This document shows, piece after piece, positions 36,618-50,347 of a stretch of 64,000 bases of DNA (the stretch's first letter is position 1; each line of letters starts with the position of its first letter). Under the pieces are notes generated by a model, which saw only the letters and a list, made by a program, of their open reading frames with translations, was not told the DNA's origin and did no database searches. The position numbers were made by a program, and so were the translations under genes. The DNA lies in contig NC_082716.1 in NCBI RefSeq assembly GCF_030144855.1, positions 44,950,001-45,014,000 of the forward strand, read 5' to 3'. The DNA comes from Hypanus sabinus. Lineage: Eukaryota.

Positions 36618-39600
36618 TACATTTTTTTAAAATTTATTTTTATGCTCAGCATAACAAAACTTACAATTTCCAGATACACTTACATTTACATTTCTTCCTC
36701 TCACAGATATCAGGTATTGGAACACTTCCATCAAAATTTAGACATCACCACAACATCCTATACAAAAGCCCTTATTAGTGTAGCAGACAGGTTTACATCT
36801 ATATACTGCAGAAAAAGTTGCCATATTTTATGAAAACTATTTGTTTTTGAGTGTACCACACATGTCAAAAAGTCCAAAGTCCATGATTACGCCAATCAAA
36901 AAGTCCAGGAGCCTTATTGGATATCCAACAAAGTAAAATTGTCTTCTTTTCTAAAAAAAAGTCTGGATATTAAAAAGTTTTTTCTGATGTGCATTAATAA
37001 TACAACTGCTGGGTAAGCCTAAGAGAAAAGACACTGGGTCTTTCTCACAAGCTCCATCTTCAGAATCTTTTCCATTTCACCCAAAATATCACTCCAGTAT
37101 GCCTGTAGTTTGGGACAAGTCCAAATGGGTGAAAGTTCTAGTATTTACTTTACATTTAGAACACATTGGAGAAAACCCCTGTCTTAAATTTCGAGAGATG
37201 CACCTGGAGCCAGATGGGCTCTGTGCAGAATTTTGAGTTGCAATGCTTTAGTTCTATTACAAACTGAAATATTCTTTGCATTATCACAGATATCTTCCCA
37301 TGTTTCAGCTGTAATTTCTACTCCCAGCTCTTCCTCCCAGACCCTTCCTAGCTACTCAACCTCTCCATGAGAACATTCCCTCAGGATGCTGTAAAAAGTA
37401 CTAATGGAGACTTCACCCTTAGAACAAAACACCCTGTTTTCTATGTTAGAACTATAGAAATCTGTTAACACTGATTTTTTTCTGTATATAATCTCTTATC
37501 TGAAAGAAACTGAAAAAGATCCTTGTTGGGTATGTTAAATTTCTATACTATTTGACTAAAACACATTGTCATTCCTTCATCAAGCAAATCTCTTAGATGG
37601 AAAACACCCTTAGAAATCCAAAGTTTAAACCCAGAATCCATTATGCCAGGCTGAAAATCTGGACTGCCGGTTAATGAATATTTTTGCTGCGTTGCCCTCA
37701 ATTTGCCCTTCAAGCTCTGACTGTATTAATTGTTTTTGGATTGCGACAATATTCCTTAACTAGCTTCATCTTATGGAGGAAAAGCAAATTAATAAGAGGG
37801 CATTTTGCTTGTGAAGCTTCAATGTCTAGCCAAATTTAGGAGGGGTCCCTGCAAACCCAGTCAACCACATAGATAAAAAGGAACTTAATTGATTTTTTTT
37901 CATGTCTGGAAAATCCAGACCCCCTAGACTACTGTAACTTAGACATTTTAATACAGGGTCTTTTTTTGTTCCAGATGAAAGAAACAAGCCAGCCATTTAT
38001 TAAGTATTTGTTGGGTAAAAATGACTGGAATCATTTGTATTGGGTAGAGCAGACGAGGAAGAACGTTCATTTTGAGCAAGGATATTCAGCCAAGCCAAGA
38101 AATGGGAACAGTGCTCCATCGCTCAAGATCCTGTTTGATTTTGTCAAATAACTGTGTAAAGTTAACTTTGAACAATTGATCAAACGTAGGTGTGATAAAT
38201 ATGCCTAAATAAGCAAAACCTGTCTGCGACCATTTAAAGGGGAAACCACCCTGGGTGTCAGGTACCTGCTGCAGATTCCCCAGAGACATAGCCTCTGATT
38301 TAGTAAAGTTGATTTTATAACCTGAAAAGGCACTAAATGAATTGATGCATTGTATAAGGTGGTGCACTGACATAGCAGGGTTTGATTAAGAAAATTAGAA
38401 CATCGTCCACATACAATGTAATTTTATGTGACTTTAGTCCTACATGTGGAGCAGATATTTTGGGGTCTCGCTGAATAGCCTCAGTCAATAGCTTGATCAG
38501 TAGTGTGAAAAGTAGTGGTGATAAAGGGCAGCCCTGCCAGCTGCCCCTCAGAATACGAAAGTTATCTGACCTAAAACCATTAGTGAGAATCGCAGCCAAA
38601 GGGGCATTATAAAAAACTTTCATCCACTCAATAGAATTATTGCCCAAACCAAATCGTTCTAAAGTGAAAAAAAGATACGGCCATTCAGCACAATCAAAGG
38701 CCTTTTCTGCACCTAAGGAAACCACCAAGCCGTCCACTGCCTGTTGCTGACATGCCTGAACCACATTAAGTAATCTTCTGATATTGTTAGATGATCTATG
38801 GCCTTTTACAAAACCTGTTTGATCCTCTTTTATGATGAAAGGTATCACAGTTTCTAATTGCAATGCGAAGGTTTTAGATAAGTTTTTAAAGTCAACATTT
38901 AACAATGAAATATGCCTGTAGGAGGCACAATCTTCAGGGCTCTTTCCTTTCTTAAGAATTAGGGAGATATTAGCTTCTCTCAATGATGGTGGGAGGAGAC
39001 CACAATTAAATGAACATGCTTTGCATAGGCTCTGATAATAACCCTGTGAACCCTTTATAGAATTCACTAGCGAGTCCGTCAGGACCAGGGGCCTTCCCAC
39101 TTTGGAGCTGTCTCACAGCTTCCTGTATCTCATGTATAGATAATGGATCATTGAGCAGGGACTCCCGTTCAGAAGAAATGCCTAGGAGATCTAAATTCCT
39201 GAAAAAGGACTTCATTCTAGATTGTCCATCATTACATTGCTCAGATCGATACAGTTTAGAATAAAAATTCTTAAACACAACATTAATCATTTTAGAATTA
39301 CTAGTGAGGGCTCCTGTCCCATCCCTAATTGAAGCAATAGTCAGAGAGGCATTTTTCTTTCTAGCTAAATAAGCCAAATACCTGCCTGGTTTTTCACTAT
39401 GTTCAAACAATTGTTGTTTAGCAAATGTCAATTTTCTTTTGTCTGCTTGTGTAAGTAAAGAGTTTAGTGTACAGTGTAGGGCTGTGATATTCTGTAACTT
39501 GGCTGCAGAGGGCTTACTAATGTCCCTTTCAGCTGCCGCAAACCTTGCTTCCACTAGGCACTGCTGTTCCGCAGTTTGTCACTTCTTACGAGCAGAGTAG

Positions 39601-41271
39601 GAGATGATTGATCCCCTTGCATAGCCTTAGCGGTTTCCTAGAGTATTGATGGACTACTGGCTGATTTGGAATTAATAGATAAGAAAGTTTTGAATTCGGA
39701 AGTTTATAAATTTTTTATCTTTTAGAATAAAAGGATTCAGCCTCCAATGTCTAGATCGTCTGAATTATCTTTGGGCTTAATATTTAAATATACCGCTGCA
39801 TGGTCAGAAATAGCGATATTTCCAATTGTGCAGGATACAACTAAGTCTAGGAGTGTTTTGGGGCTTAGAAAAAAGTATTTTGGTGTAACACTTGTGTAGG
39901 TTAGAAAAAAATGTTAAGACTTTGAGGGATGTAACAACCTCCAGACATCCACAAGTCCTAGTTCTCCACATAAGCCCATGATTTGTTTGGACTGTGAGGG
40001 GAGCACTAAGGGACCACTGGGCACTCTGTCCATCAATGGGCCCATGAGACAATTAAAATCCCCACCTACAATAATGTTTTGTTTTGAAAAGCTTGAAAGT
40101 TTGGAAAAAGTATCTGTTAGGAATTTGAGAGGATGAGCTGGAGGGCAGTAAACATTGAGAATACCATATTCCTCTCCATATATTGAAGCCTAAACAATCA
40201 CAAATCTCCCATACTTATCCTTAATGCAGTTTAATAACTTAAAAGGTAAGTTCTTCCTAATTGAAATGGCAACCGCCCCACTCCTGGTATTAAAAGATGA
40301 AAAATAGACTTGATCAAATCCACTCTGTTGCAGTTTTAGATGTTCTTTATCATTCAAATGTGTCTCCTGCAATAAGGCTATATCCACCCTTTCCTTTTTC
40401 AGGTTTAGTAGGATTTTCTTTCTCTTGACTGGTGAATGACTCCCCTTAATGTTCCAAGTGCACAATTTTAACATATTATTGGTCATAACCCTTTATAACA
40501 ATCATGTGACTCCAGAGGAGAAGAAACCAGATTTAAGATCAGCTGAGCAACAGTAAGTAATTAAAAAAAACACACACACAGAATCAAAGTGCCAACAGCG
40601 CTGAACAACAGGACTTACCCCACACTTAAAGGGGTAACCTTCTAGCACTCCATATTCTGCCCCACTGCCAATATGACATTTAACATAGTCAAAAATAAAA
40701 ACAGGGCATAATTTATCAATCCATCGATTTGTTACTGTCATATTTAACTCCTTCAGGCTGGAGCAGCACCGTTAATTTAAACAAATAATGAAACTATTAA
40801 TCAAAACAAACACGTTACTATTCTTTAAGATATCTTGCTGTCGAGTAATGAAAAGGTAAGTTAAAATGATCGTTCTTATATCAAGAATTTTAAGCTCCAA
40901 TGTGTGGTTTTGGAGTGTTAGAGAGAGTGGAGCCAGCTTCTTGTCGATCATTTTGGATATGTTCTCTGTAACTTCCTGAATTACTTGACGAAAAGCAGGG
41001 TCCAATATGTTAGCATAACTAGCAACAGTGAGCTCCCCAGCCCCGGGTGAGCGCTCTGTGCAGCCCCTCTTGGCTGCCTTTTTAGTACCTTTTGATGGCA
41101 TGGTGTTGAAGCAGCTCAAAAAAAAAACTCATCCATCTTCATGTCATTAAATCTGACACTTGAGCATTTAAAAAAAATGGAAACGGATAGGTTTATATGC
41201 AAAATTATCAGTGTTGGCGGTGCTGAGCTCAGCAAAGCAGAATTCACTGCGTCGCCATCTTGAAAACCCCC
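36618..41271 (-). mobile_element. L1-clade LINE, both ends present, ORF1 mostly deleted, ORF2 decayed
   Basis: 5' end GGGGGTTTTCAAGATGGCG. ORF1 start MPSKGTKK at about 41102. ORF2 APE TWNIKG..LQETHL (40486); RT YRHISLLNVDFK, QGCPLSPLLF, LYVDD; C-terminal CSKC..H.WTCP near 37110-37165. A-rich tail with AATAAA; CACAA TSD (36613-36617 and 41272-41276). Confidence 0.9.
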
Positions 41272-42377
41272 CACAAGACATTGTTGGACATTGCTAATGT
41301 ACTTATATTTCAAGTCCAGTTCACTGGTTCATTGGCGAGACCAATGGTGACAGAGCTGTATTTGTTCAGTTGTGGTGAGGACTAGACCAAAGCTGCAGGC
41401 TCCTCTTTTGATGCCGCCTAGGAGGGGAAATGCTAGGGTGGTGTGAGACAGCCTCTGTGAGGTGCTCTAGAGTCTGTCCTGTGTTGGAGCCTGGCCCTTC
41501 CCATTGGTGCTCCTCCAGCAATGTTCCCTGTGAAGTGTGTGTGCATACACATCTTTTGCTACTAGCACACAAAGCAATTTAAACTGCGCACAAAAGGTTG
41601 TCACCCTCTCCCTTATTGGCATGTTAAGTACATTTCGTGATCGTACACAATCCCATCTCCTTTTCTGGTTTTTGAGGTGGTCGATGATGACAGCGTGGAG
41701 TTTGTGGATTTGTCTGCAGATTTTAGAAATGGCTTATTTATATTGTTGTTATTGAAATTATTGATTCACTATGTCAAATTCCAAAGAAGCAAAGGGCCTG
41801 AAGCATTAAAGAACTGCTAGTTCATTTAAAACAGAATAGCTTAATGAAACAGTAGCAACATGAAGTCAGGAAGGGACAACTACGAGAAATATTTATGTAC
41901 AATACAGAAACTGGTGTTATCTGCATGTATCGTCATGATGTAAAAGTTACTATTTGGGGGTCTGTATATGACTTATCAAGATCTTTTTAACCTTGCAGTT
42001 TCTTAGCTCTACCAACAACGATTCTACAAGCTCTATCCTTTGTCACCTTTTACTAATGACTTGATTTCATATTTTTTTTACTAATAGCCACTCCTACCCC
42101 TCTATAACTGGAAAAGTTCATCTACTTTATTCCGTATTCTGCGTTCATTCAAATGTAACACCTTCAGTCCTGTATTCATCCTTTATGATCTTGTCTGCTT
42201 TTTACATTGCAAGTCATTGTGTTGACTGCATTTTTTGCCCTGTCATCAGCCTCACTTTGCTTGCAGTCTCATTACACACTGCCTCTATTTGTTAACCACA
42301 TACCCCATCCTCAGTACCATCACTCCAGTTCCCACCCCACTGGCAAATTAGTTTAAACCCTCCTGATCAGCTGATAG

Positions 42378-42600
42378 TTGGTAAGTAATCTGTGGAATTT
42401 GTTGCCACAGGTGGCTGTGGAGGCCAAGTCTGTATGTATATTTAAGGCAGAGGTTGATAGATTCTTGATTGGTCAGAGCATGAAGAGATACGGGGAGAAG
42501 GCAGGAAATTGGGGCGGAGAGGAAAGTGGATCAGCCATGATGAAATGGTGGCGCAGACTTCAAGGGCCAAATAGCTTAATTCTGCTCCTATATCTTGTGG
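42378..42600 (+). mobile_element. CR1 3' end fragment
   Basis: VSNLWNLLPQVAVEAKSVCIFKAEVDRFL. Confidence 0.8.
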
Positions 42601-42610
42601 TTTTCTGGTA

Positions 42611-43200
42611 ATAAGCAGTAAGACAATTCAGAACTGCTTTGCTCACTGTGGTTTCAAGTATTCAGGATAGGAGGTGTTAGTAACAGCCCGGAGTGAAAGA
42701 GATATGATTTCACTACTTCAAGTTCAGAACTACGAAGAATTTGAAAGTATCGACAGTCATCTTGAATATCACAATGAAAATGAAGATGAAAAAGTTGTGT
42801 GAAGGCAGTCCATTAGGTATCTGTGCTGATTCTGTTCATTCAAAGTTAAAAGAATGCAACATGGATGATTTCCTCTGTTGATAAGTATTAGGAACTGAGA
42901 GTGTATGGAGGGATATAGGCCAGGTGCAGATCAGTGGGACTAGGCAGAAAAATGGTTTGGCACAGCCAAGAAGGGCCAAAAGGCCTGTTTCTGTACTGTA
43001 ATGGAACTAATATGCAGCTTTATAGTACCATAGTAGTATTGGTAGTGTTCTAATTTATTCTATATTTCATTTAAATACAAAATTTGTTACTCAGTTTGTC
43101 TTTTTATACATTTTAAATTTTTCCATGAAACTTTTGGTTAATTGCAGCAGATGCTTAATTGGATGAAAATGTTTAGGTCCCAATTAACCAGAATCCACAG
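42611..43200 (-). mobile_element. Partial copy of the 25037-26306 MITE with a nested CR1 tail (42897-43002)
   Basis: Reverse-complement homology to 25037-26010; TIR ccaattaaccagaatccacag|TA; GGAACT duplicated at 42891-42896 and 43003-43008. Confidence 0.7.
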
Positions 43201-43515
43201 TATTCATATATGGGTTGAATGATAATTAAATTTGTATTTGGGAATCTTTATCACTAAAATATGATCTGTGTTAGGTAGGAGTACACGCCTCTCTCTGCCC
43301 TCATCTTATTTACTTTTTATTTTACACATTACTGGCATCGTGGCACCTGCAGTTAAACTTTGCCAAAGTACTTTGTCTTTTTTTCAGCTTTGTTTTTCTC
43401 TGGCTCCAAAAACTTACTTGCCATTCCTTTAACTTCCTAATCCAATTTTGGATCACCCACCCCTTTTTCCAAAATTATGCTCTAGTCCCCATCCCCCTGC
43501 CTTAATAGGTTAGGG

Positions 43516-44427
43516 TAGGTGTCACCAACCTTTTTCGCACCATGGACTGGTTTAATATTGACAATATTCTTGAGGACCGGCTGAAGGGGTGTGTTAATCA
43601 CGACCGGAATATAGGTGATAAGTTAACTGTAAGTCACTTATAAGTGGCTAATACACTCAATTTCATTTCTAAAAAGGTTTATCTAATGAACTTAATAATA
43701 TTAAACACACAGTGCATATTTTCCTCATAAGAACATATAAAGTCATTGCAACACACCGATATCGCTGAATCAGTGGGAGCCCTGGGCTTGTTTCCCTCCA
43801 ACAAGACGGTCCCATCGAGGGGTCATGGGAGACTAAGTACGACGCTCTCAGAGCAGCAGCATTTGTGGCGGTGGTGGCTCTCAGCACTTGCTTCTGTCCT
43901 GCTTGCTCACGTTTTTTTCCGCTCAAAAAACAACGGGTTTGTCTTTAAATGCAGGGTGCTCGGACTCAAGGTGCCGAAGCAGTTTTGAGGGCTTCATTGC
44001 CTCATTAAACAGCTTGTCTTCACATATCACACACAGGGGACTTGGAGCGTGCGAGTCACAGGTCGCATTAAAGCCATATTTTATGTGCGAATCGTTGTAT
44101 TTTCTGTTGAAGGGCTTTCTTTTTTTTTGCTGTCTCTGCCTCAGCTGTCTCTGTTATCGTCACCGTTAGGCCCTTTATGCCCCCACCACCTCTTCCAAAG
44201 AAACTCTCAAGGGACATGTGTTTTTTACTCATCGAGTAGTTGTAGGTTAATGACTGACTGATGACCTCACATGGGTAATGACCTCGTGTGCGTTCAAGTT
44301 CAACAATGGGTGTGACAGGGAATGAGGAAAAATGCAGCTGGCTCATATCGTTTCATATTGCTAAGTCATATCATTTCCTCGCGGCCCAGTAGCACATGCT
44401 TTGTGGCCCAGTGGTTGGGGACCACTG
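43516..44427 (-). mobile_element. hAT Charlie (Charlie3/MER1-like) transposon, internally deleted
   Basis: 8-bp TSD ggttaggg/ggttaggt; TIRs taggtgtcaccaacc and ggttggggaccactg. Minus-strand remnants MSKKHMSLESFF, KYGF, PLCVIC..AMKPSKLLRHL (BED finger) joined to the C-terminus SPMTPRWDRLVGGKQAQGSH*. Confidence 0.88.
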
Positions 44428-45848
44428 GGTTAGGTTCCAAATCAGCAAGCAAACATCTAATTGTGGATACAGGTCGCGGTCTTCTGCAGTCCAACTAATT
44501 GTGTAAGTTCCATCTCCCCAAAGTGTGGTCCCAGTGCCCCAGAAATTTTAAAATTCCTTTCCCATATTGTTGCAAGATTATTAAGCCCATAACTAGTAGT
44601 TGTTGTCATCTGCGAACTTTACTGGTCATTATTTGACTGCAACCAAACATGTACTTTTAAAAGGGAATCCCAGATGATTATTGTTCCTACACCCAGGATG
44701 ATTAAAGAACATCAGCACATGTGTGATTGCCCTCATCCTTTAACTGATTACATGCCTGTACATCAACTATTCCTTTTACCTGCCTTCCGAGAGAGGGAAA
44801 TTAATATTTCTGTGCTACAAAGCTTGGTTTACTTGGATTACAAAAATCTGACTTTCATCTTCTGCTCTTTTCTTAATGGCTTTGAAACAAACTCTTGATG
44901 TGCTTTATTATCCAAAATGTTTTTGTCTTCAGTATACTGTAATCCATTGTGTACTAAGCCAATGTGGACTTAAACACGTAATCATCAATACAGTGAAATT
45001 GGAGAAGGTGAGTAAGTGCTTTTATATGATATGCGTTTATACAAATATTGAATATACCAGGGATGGAGTAAGTCTAATCCATAATAGCTGTTTTTGAAAA
45101 GGATATCAGTAAGTTCTTCACGTAAGAAAATCATTTTGGGGAATGGAAGGAAACATATAGCCCTTGCAGAGCAAGTACAGATGTAATTTGGTTTGTATTA
45201 GTCCAAAGTTCATTTTTGGGGCTTTTTTGGGGTCAAATTACTGAATATTTTTGAAAATATTTCCAGATGTAAGGAAATCAGAGTGGAGATATGTTACTGG
45301 GATAGAGGATCAGCCATGATCATATTAAATCGTAAAACAGGCTTGATGGTCTAAGTGACATACTATTTTCTGAGTATATTTTTGAAGAGATGAGTGGGAT
45401 CCGCTGCTTTAATATGTGACGCTCACTGGGCAAAGTCTATATATTTCACCTTGGATTTTGACAAATTTTTATAACTTATGAACTAAATAAATGGAAATTT
45501 AAGTCATAGCTCTGCTGCTTGCCTGCTGTGACATTCAGTGATCATGGTTGATCCTTTACGTCTCATGCTACTTCACTTGATTTTCTTAAACTCTAAAAAC
45601 TTAATCACTTCTGACTTGAAAGTACTTGACTTCCCATGATCCTCTTGGGTAGTAAATGACAAAGAATATTGAATACATTTCTTTTCATCTCTGTTTGGAT
45701 GGACAGATCTATATTTTGATATTGTAATTCTTTGATTTTTGACACCTTTGTTAGGGGAAAGAAGTATCCCTGCATCTACCTCATCAGGCTTTGTAAGAAT
45801 TTGTATTCCAGGTGCAAGTTACATCTGGAGTCTGTACAAGTGGTGCAC

Positions 45849-45985
45849 TAACAAGAGAAAATCTGCAGATGCTAGAAAGCTGAGCAACACACACAAAATG
45901 CTGGAGCAACTCATGAGGCCAGGCAGCATCTATGTAAAAAAAAAGTACAGTTGACGTTTTGCATCAAAACCCTTTGGCAGGACCC
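45849..45985 (-). mobile_element. Penelope-like terminal repeat
   Basis: aacaagagaaaatctgcagatgct..acacacaaaatgctggagcaactca..acagttgacgtttt. Confidence 0.75.
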
Positions 45986-46546
45986 ACTATTTCTTTTACC
46001 TAGAGCTGCAGGACAATCTGCTGTATGCCTTCCAAATTGTACAAATTTTAGTAATCTACACAAACGTGCAGGTCCTTCTGAACAGAAACATTTTTTAACC
46101 TTTCACGATTTTTTCAAATACTCTGCTTTTCTATTTTCTACCTCATTCTTGTCATTGTATTTTCTATTTCTTAATGCCTTGCTCATGTGGTTAACCTGTT
46201 TATATTCCTTCTATCCTCTTCTCTGTCCTCTTCATAGTTCATACTGCACAGCTCTGTATGTTGCACTTCATCCCCGCAAGCAAATCATTGACTTGTATTG
46301 TGAACAGCAAGAGCTTAGCACAGATTGTTGCTCAGAGCCTCATACTTCAGTACTCAGAATAAACTGTAAACTTTCAACAATTGATGACTTCCTTGGAAGC
46401 AATCAATTACAACAAACCTTTCATGCATTGGACTTGAAACGGAATCATTGGCTTTACTATACCTTTCATCGTGCAGGTGGAAATTGTAATATGGCAGAAT
46501 ACAGTTTTTTCTAACCATTATTCAAATCCAAAGTAAATTTATTATA

Positions 46547-46547
<1 letters not shown>

Positions 46548-46597
<50 letters not shown>

Positions 46598-46631
46598 GTA
46601 TATATATATATATAATATATATATATATATA
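46548..46631. repeat. (TG)n(TA)n microsatellite
   Basis: Read directly from the sequence. Confidence 0.95.
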
Positions 46632-49296
46632 ATTGTGTATGATATATCAACATTATACAACCCTGAGATTACTTTTCTTGTGGGCATTCTCAATAAATCC
46701 ATAATAGAATCATTGAAAGACCACACTGACTGGACATACAACCAATGTGCAAAAGACAACAAACTGTGGAAATACAAAAAGAAATAAATAATAATAAATA
46801 AGCAATAAATATCAAGAACATGAGATGAAGAGCCCTTGATAGGGAGTCTTTGGTTGTGAGAGCATTTCAATGATGGGGCAACTGTTGAGTGAAGTTATCA
46901 CCTCCCTTTGTTCAAGAGCCTGATGGTTGAGGGGTAATAACTGTTCCTGAACCTGGTGATATGAGTACTGAGGCTCCCATACCATTCCTCCTTGATGGCA
47001 GCAATGAGAAGAGAGCATGGCCCAGTGGTGGGGATATCTGATGATGGATGCTACTTTCCTGCGACAGCGCTGTGTGTAGATGTGCTCAATGGTGCGGAGA
47101 GCTTTACCCATGATGGACTGGGCCGTATCCACTACTTTTTGTTGGATTTTCCATTCAAGGGCTTTGGTGTTTCCATACCAGGCTGTGATGCAGCCAGTCA
47201 TTATACTCTCTCCTATAGAAGTTTCTGAAAGTTTTAGATATCCTGTTGAACCTTTGCAAACTCTTCAGGAACTAGAGGCACTGATGTGCTTTCTTCACAA
47301 TTGTATTTAAAAGCTGGACCCAAAATAATAACAGTGAGAAATTTAAATTTGCTGATACTCTCCACCCCTGATCCTCTGATGAGGGCTGGCTCATGGACCT
47401 TTGGTTTCCTCCTTCACAAGTCAATAATCAACTCCTTGTGTTGCTGACATTGAGTGAGAGGTTGTTGTTGTGGCACCACTCCACCAGATTTTCAATCTCC
47501 CTCCTATATGCTGAATTGTCACCACCTTTGATTCGGCCATCCACAGTGGTGTCATCAGTAAACTTGAATATTGCATTGGAGTTGTGCTTAGCCTATATAG
47601 TTATAAGAATTAACCGAGCAGAGCAAGGGACTAAGTATGCACCCTTGTGGTGCACCTGTGCTCACGGAGATCATGGAGGGGATTTGTTGCCAATATGAAC
47701 TCACTGGGATTTGCAAGTGAGGAAATTGAAGATCCAGTTGCACAAGGACATATTGAAGCCAAGTCTTGAAGCATATTGATTGATTTTGAGGGGATGATGA
47801 TATTGAATGCCGAGCTGTAATTGCTAAGAAGAATCCAGATATATGCATCTTTATAGTCCAGATGTTCCAAGTTTGATTAAAGAGCCAGTGAGATGGCATC
47901 TGCTGTAGACCTGTTGCATCGGCAGGCAAATAGGAAGGAGACTCAAATCTCCTCTCAGGTAGGAGCTGATATGTTTTATCACCAACATCTCAAAACTTCT
48001 CATCACTGTGGGTATCACTGCTAATGGATGATAGTCATTGAGGTAGGTTACCATGTTATTCTCAGGCTCCAGTATAATTGAAGCCTTCTTGAAGCAGTTG
48101 GGTATCTTAGACTGCCTGAGGTTAAAAATTTCAGTGAATACTCCAGCCCGTTGATCAGCCTTGGCCAGGTATCTCGTCTAGGCCAGATATTTTTCGTGGG
48201 TTCACCCTTCTGAAGGCTGCTTGCACATCAGTCTCAGTTCCTGAAATCACATGATCATTGGCAGCTGTGGGAGTTGATGGTTCCTACATATTTTGACGGT
48301 CAAAGCGAGTTTTGAAGGCATTGAGTTCATCTGGGAGCAAAGCCCTGTTTTTGCTTGATTTAACTTTTATAAGAGGTGATAGTATTCAAGCCCTGTCACA
48401 ACTGTAAAGCATCCTTTGTTCATTCATGTTTAGTACAGAATTGCCGCTTCACCCATGAGATGGCTTTCCAGATATCATACCTGAACTTCTTGTAACCTTT
48501 TTTGGTCACCAGATTAGAATGCCTCTGATCTGACCCTCAGCAGCCTTAGGATCTCATGGTTCATCCAAGGGTTCTGGTTCGGGTTTGGGTAAAATGAATG
48601 ATTTTGTGGAGACCACTCGTCTACAATGGTTTTAATAAAGTATGTGACACATGATGTATTTATTCAGATCCACAGATGAGTTGTTGAACGTGACCCAATC
48701 CACTGATTTGAAGCAATCCCGTAGCTGCTCCTTGTCTTCTGTAACCACCTCTTTGTTGTCCTAATCTCCAGAGCTTTGTTCTTTAGCCTTTTCCTGAATG
48801 CAGGTAGGAGAAGGACAGCCAAGTGATCAGATTTACTGAAAAGGGATCTGGGCATAGAACAGTAGGCATTCCTTAACTTCTGAAACAGTGATTTGATGTG
48901 CTGGGATCTTTGATGCTACAGATTATATGCTGATGGTAATTGAGCAGTGTTTTCTTCAAACAAGCCTGTTTGAAGTCCACAGCTATGATTCGGAATGGGT
49001 TGTTTCTTGTTTGGAAGTGGCAGCATGCAGTATGTCAAGGGCTTGATTATAGTCGGTTGCTGGTGGAATGCAGGCTGTAGTTAGGATTATGGAGGAGAAC
49101 TCACTAGGTAAGTAGAATGGTTGGCATTTGACAGTTAGGTATTCAAGGTTGGGAGAACACGTGTTTGACAAAACTGCCACATTGGATTGGCACCTAGAGT
49201 TTATCTGGTATGCTGGGTGAAAGCCACATCTCGTTCAAACATAGAACACAACAATCTTTCCTTTCCCTTCAATACAGCAACCTTACCCACAGACTT

Positions 49297-50347
49297 GCCC
49301 ACAACTTCCTCACAGACAGGACCCAGGCTGTAAAAATAGGGGACAAGCTCTCCTCTACAATCAGTGAGTACCGGTGCCCCACAAGGCTGAGTAGTCAGCC
49401 CCCTGCTGTACTCACTGTACACCCATGATTGTTTAGCCAAGTTTCCATCGACCTCAATATATAAGTTTGTTGATGACACCTCAATTGCAGGCCATATCTT
49501 GGGTAATGATGAGTCGGAGTACAGAGAGGAAATTAAGAACCTGGTGGCAAGGTGCGAAGACAATAACTTATCCCTCAATGTCAGCAAGATGAAGGAATTG
49601 GTTGGTGACTTCAGAAGGAGTAGCAGACCGCACGACCCCATCTACATCGGTGGTGTGCAGGTGGAACAGGTCAAAAGCTTTAAGTTCCTGGGTGTGAATA
49701 TCACAAGTGACCTGACTTGGTCTAACCAAGCAGAGTCCACTGCCAAGAAGGCCCACCAGCGCCTTTGCTTCATGAGAAAGCTGAAGAAATTTGGCCTAAA
49801 ACCCTCAATTTTTATAGGTGCACTGTAGAAAGCATTCTTCGAGGGTGCATCACAACCTGGTATGGAAGTTGTCCTGTCCAAGACAGGAAGAAGCTGCAGA
49901 AGATCGTGAACATAGTCCAGCACATCACACAAACCAATCTTCCATCCTTGGACTCTCTTTACACCGCATGCTGTCGGAGCAGTGCTGCCAGGATAATCAA
50001 GGACACGACCCACCCAGCCAACACACTTTTTGTCCCTCTTCCCTCTGGGAGAAGGTTCAGGAGCTTGAAGATTCGTACGGCCAGATTTGGGAACAGCTTC
50101 TTTCCAACTGTGATAAGACTGCTGAAAGGATCCTGACCTGGATCTGGGTCGAACCTTCCAAATATCCAGACCTGACTTGCACTACCTTACTTTCCCTTTT
50201 CTATTTTCTAATTATGATTTATAATTTAAATTTTTATTATATTTACTTCAATTTGTACTCCAGGGAGCACGAAGCGCAGAATCAAATACGCTGTGATGAT
50301 TGTACGCTCTAGTATCAATTGTTTGGTGACAGTAAAGTAAAGTAAAA
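49297..50347 (+). mobile_element. Younger Rex1/Babar-like LINE 3' fragment
   Basis: KFVDDT, NNLSLNVSKMKEL, FKFLGVNI, FYRCTVESILRGCITTWYG; ends with an (AAAGT)n tail. Confidence 0.85.

Noticed and set aside
38333-39100. 255-aa RT ORF as an active retron or retroelement
   Set aside because: A piece of frameshifted L1 ORF2 with stops elsewhere; not intact and not prokaryotic.
41938-41990. Possible FAF1 exon 8 (reads ..VYDLS..)
   Set aside because: Only a 4-residue coincidence with VKRNVYDLT. There is no suitable acceptor, a stop follows, and IPVRHQ is absent. Exon 8 appears to lie beyond the window.
45951-46514. 187-aa ORF
   Set aside because: Starts inside a PLE terminus, has low-complexity T-rich composition, and shows no homology or splice support.
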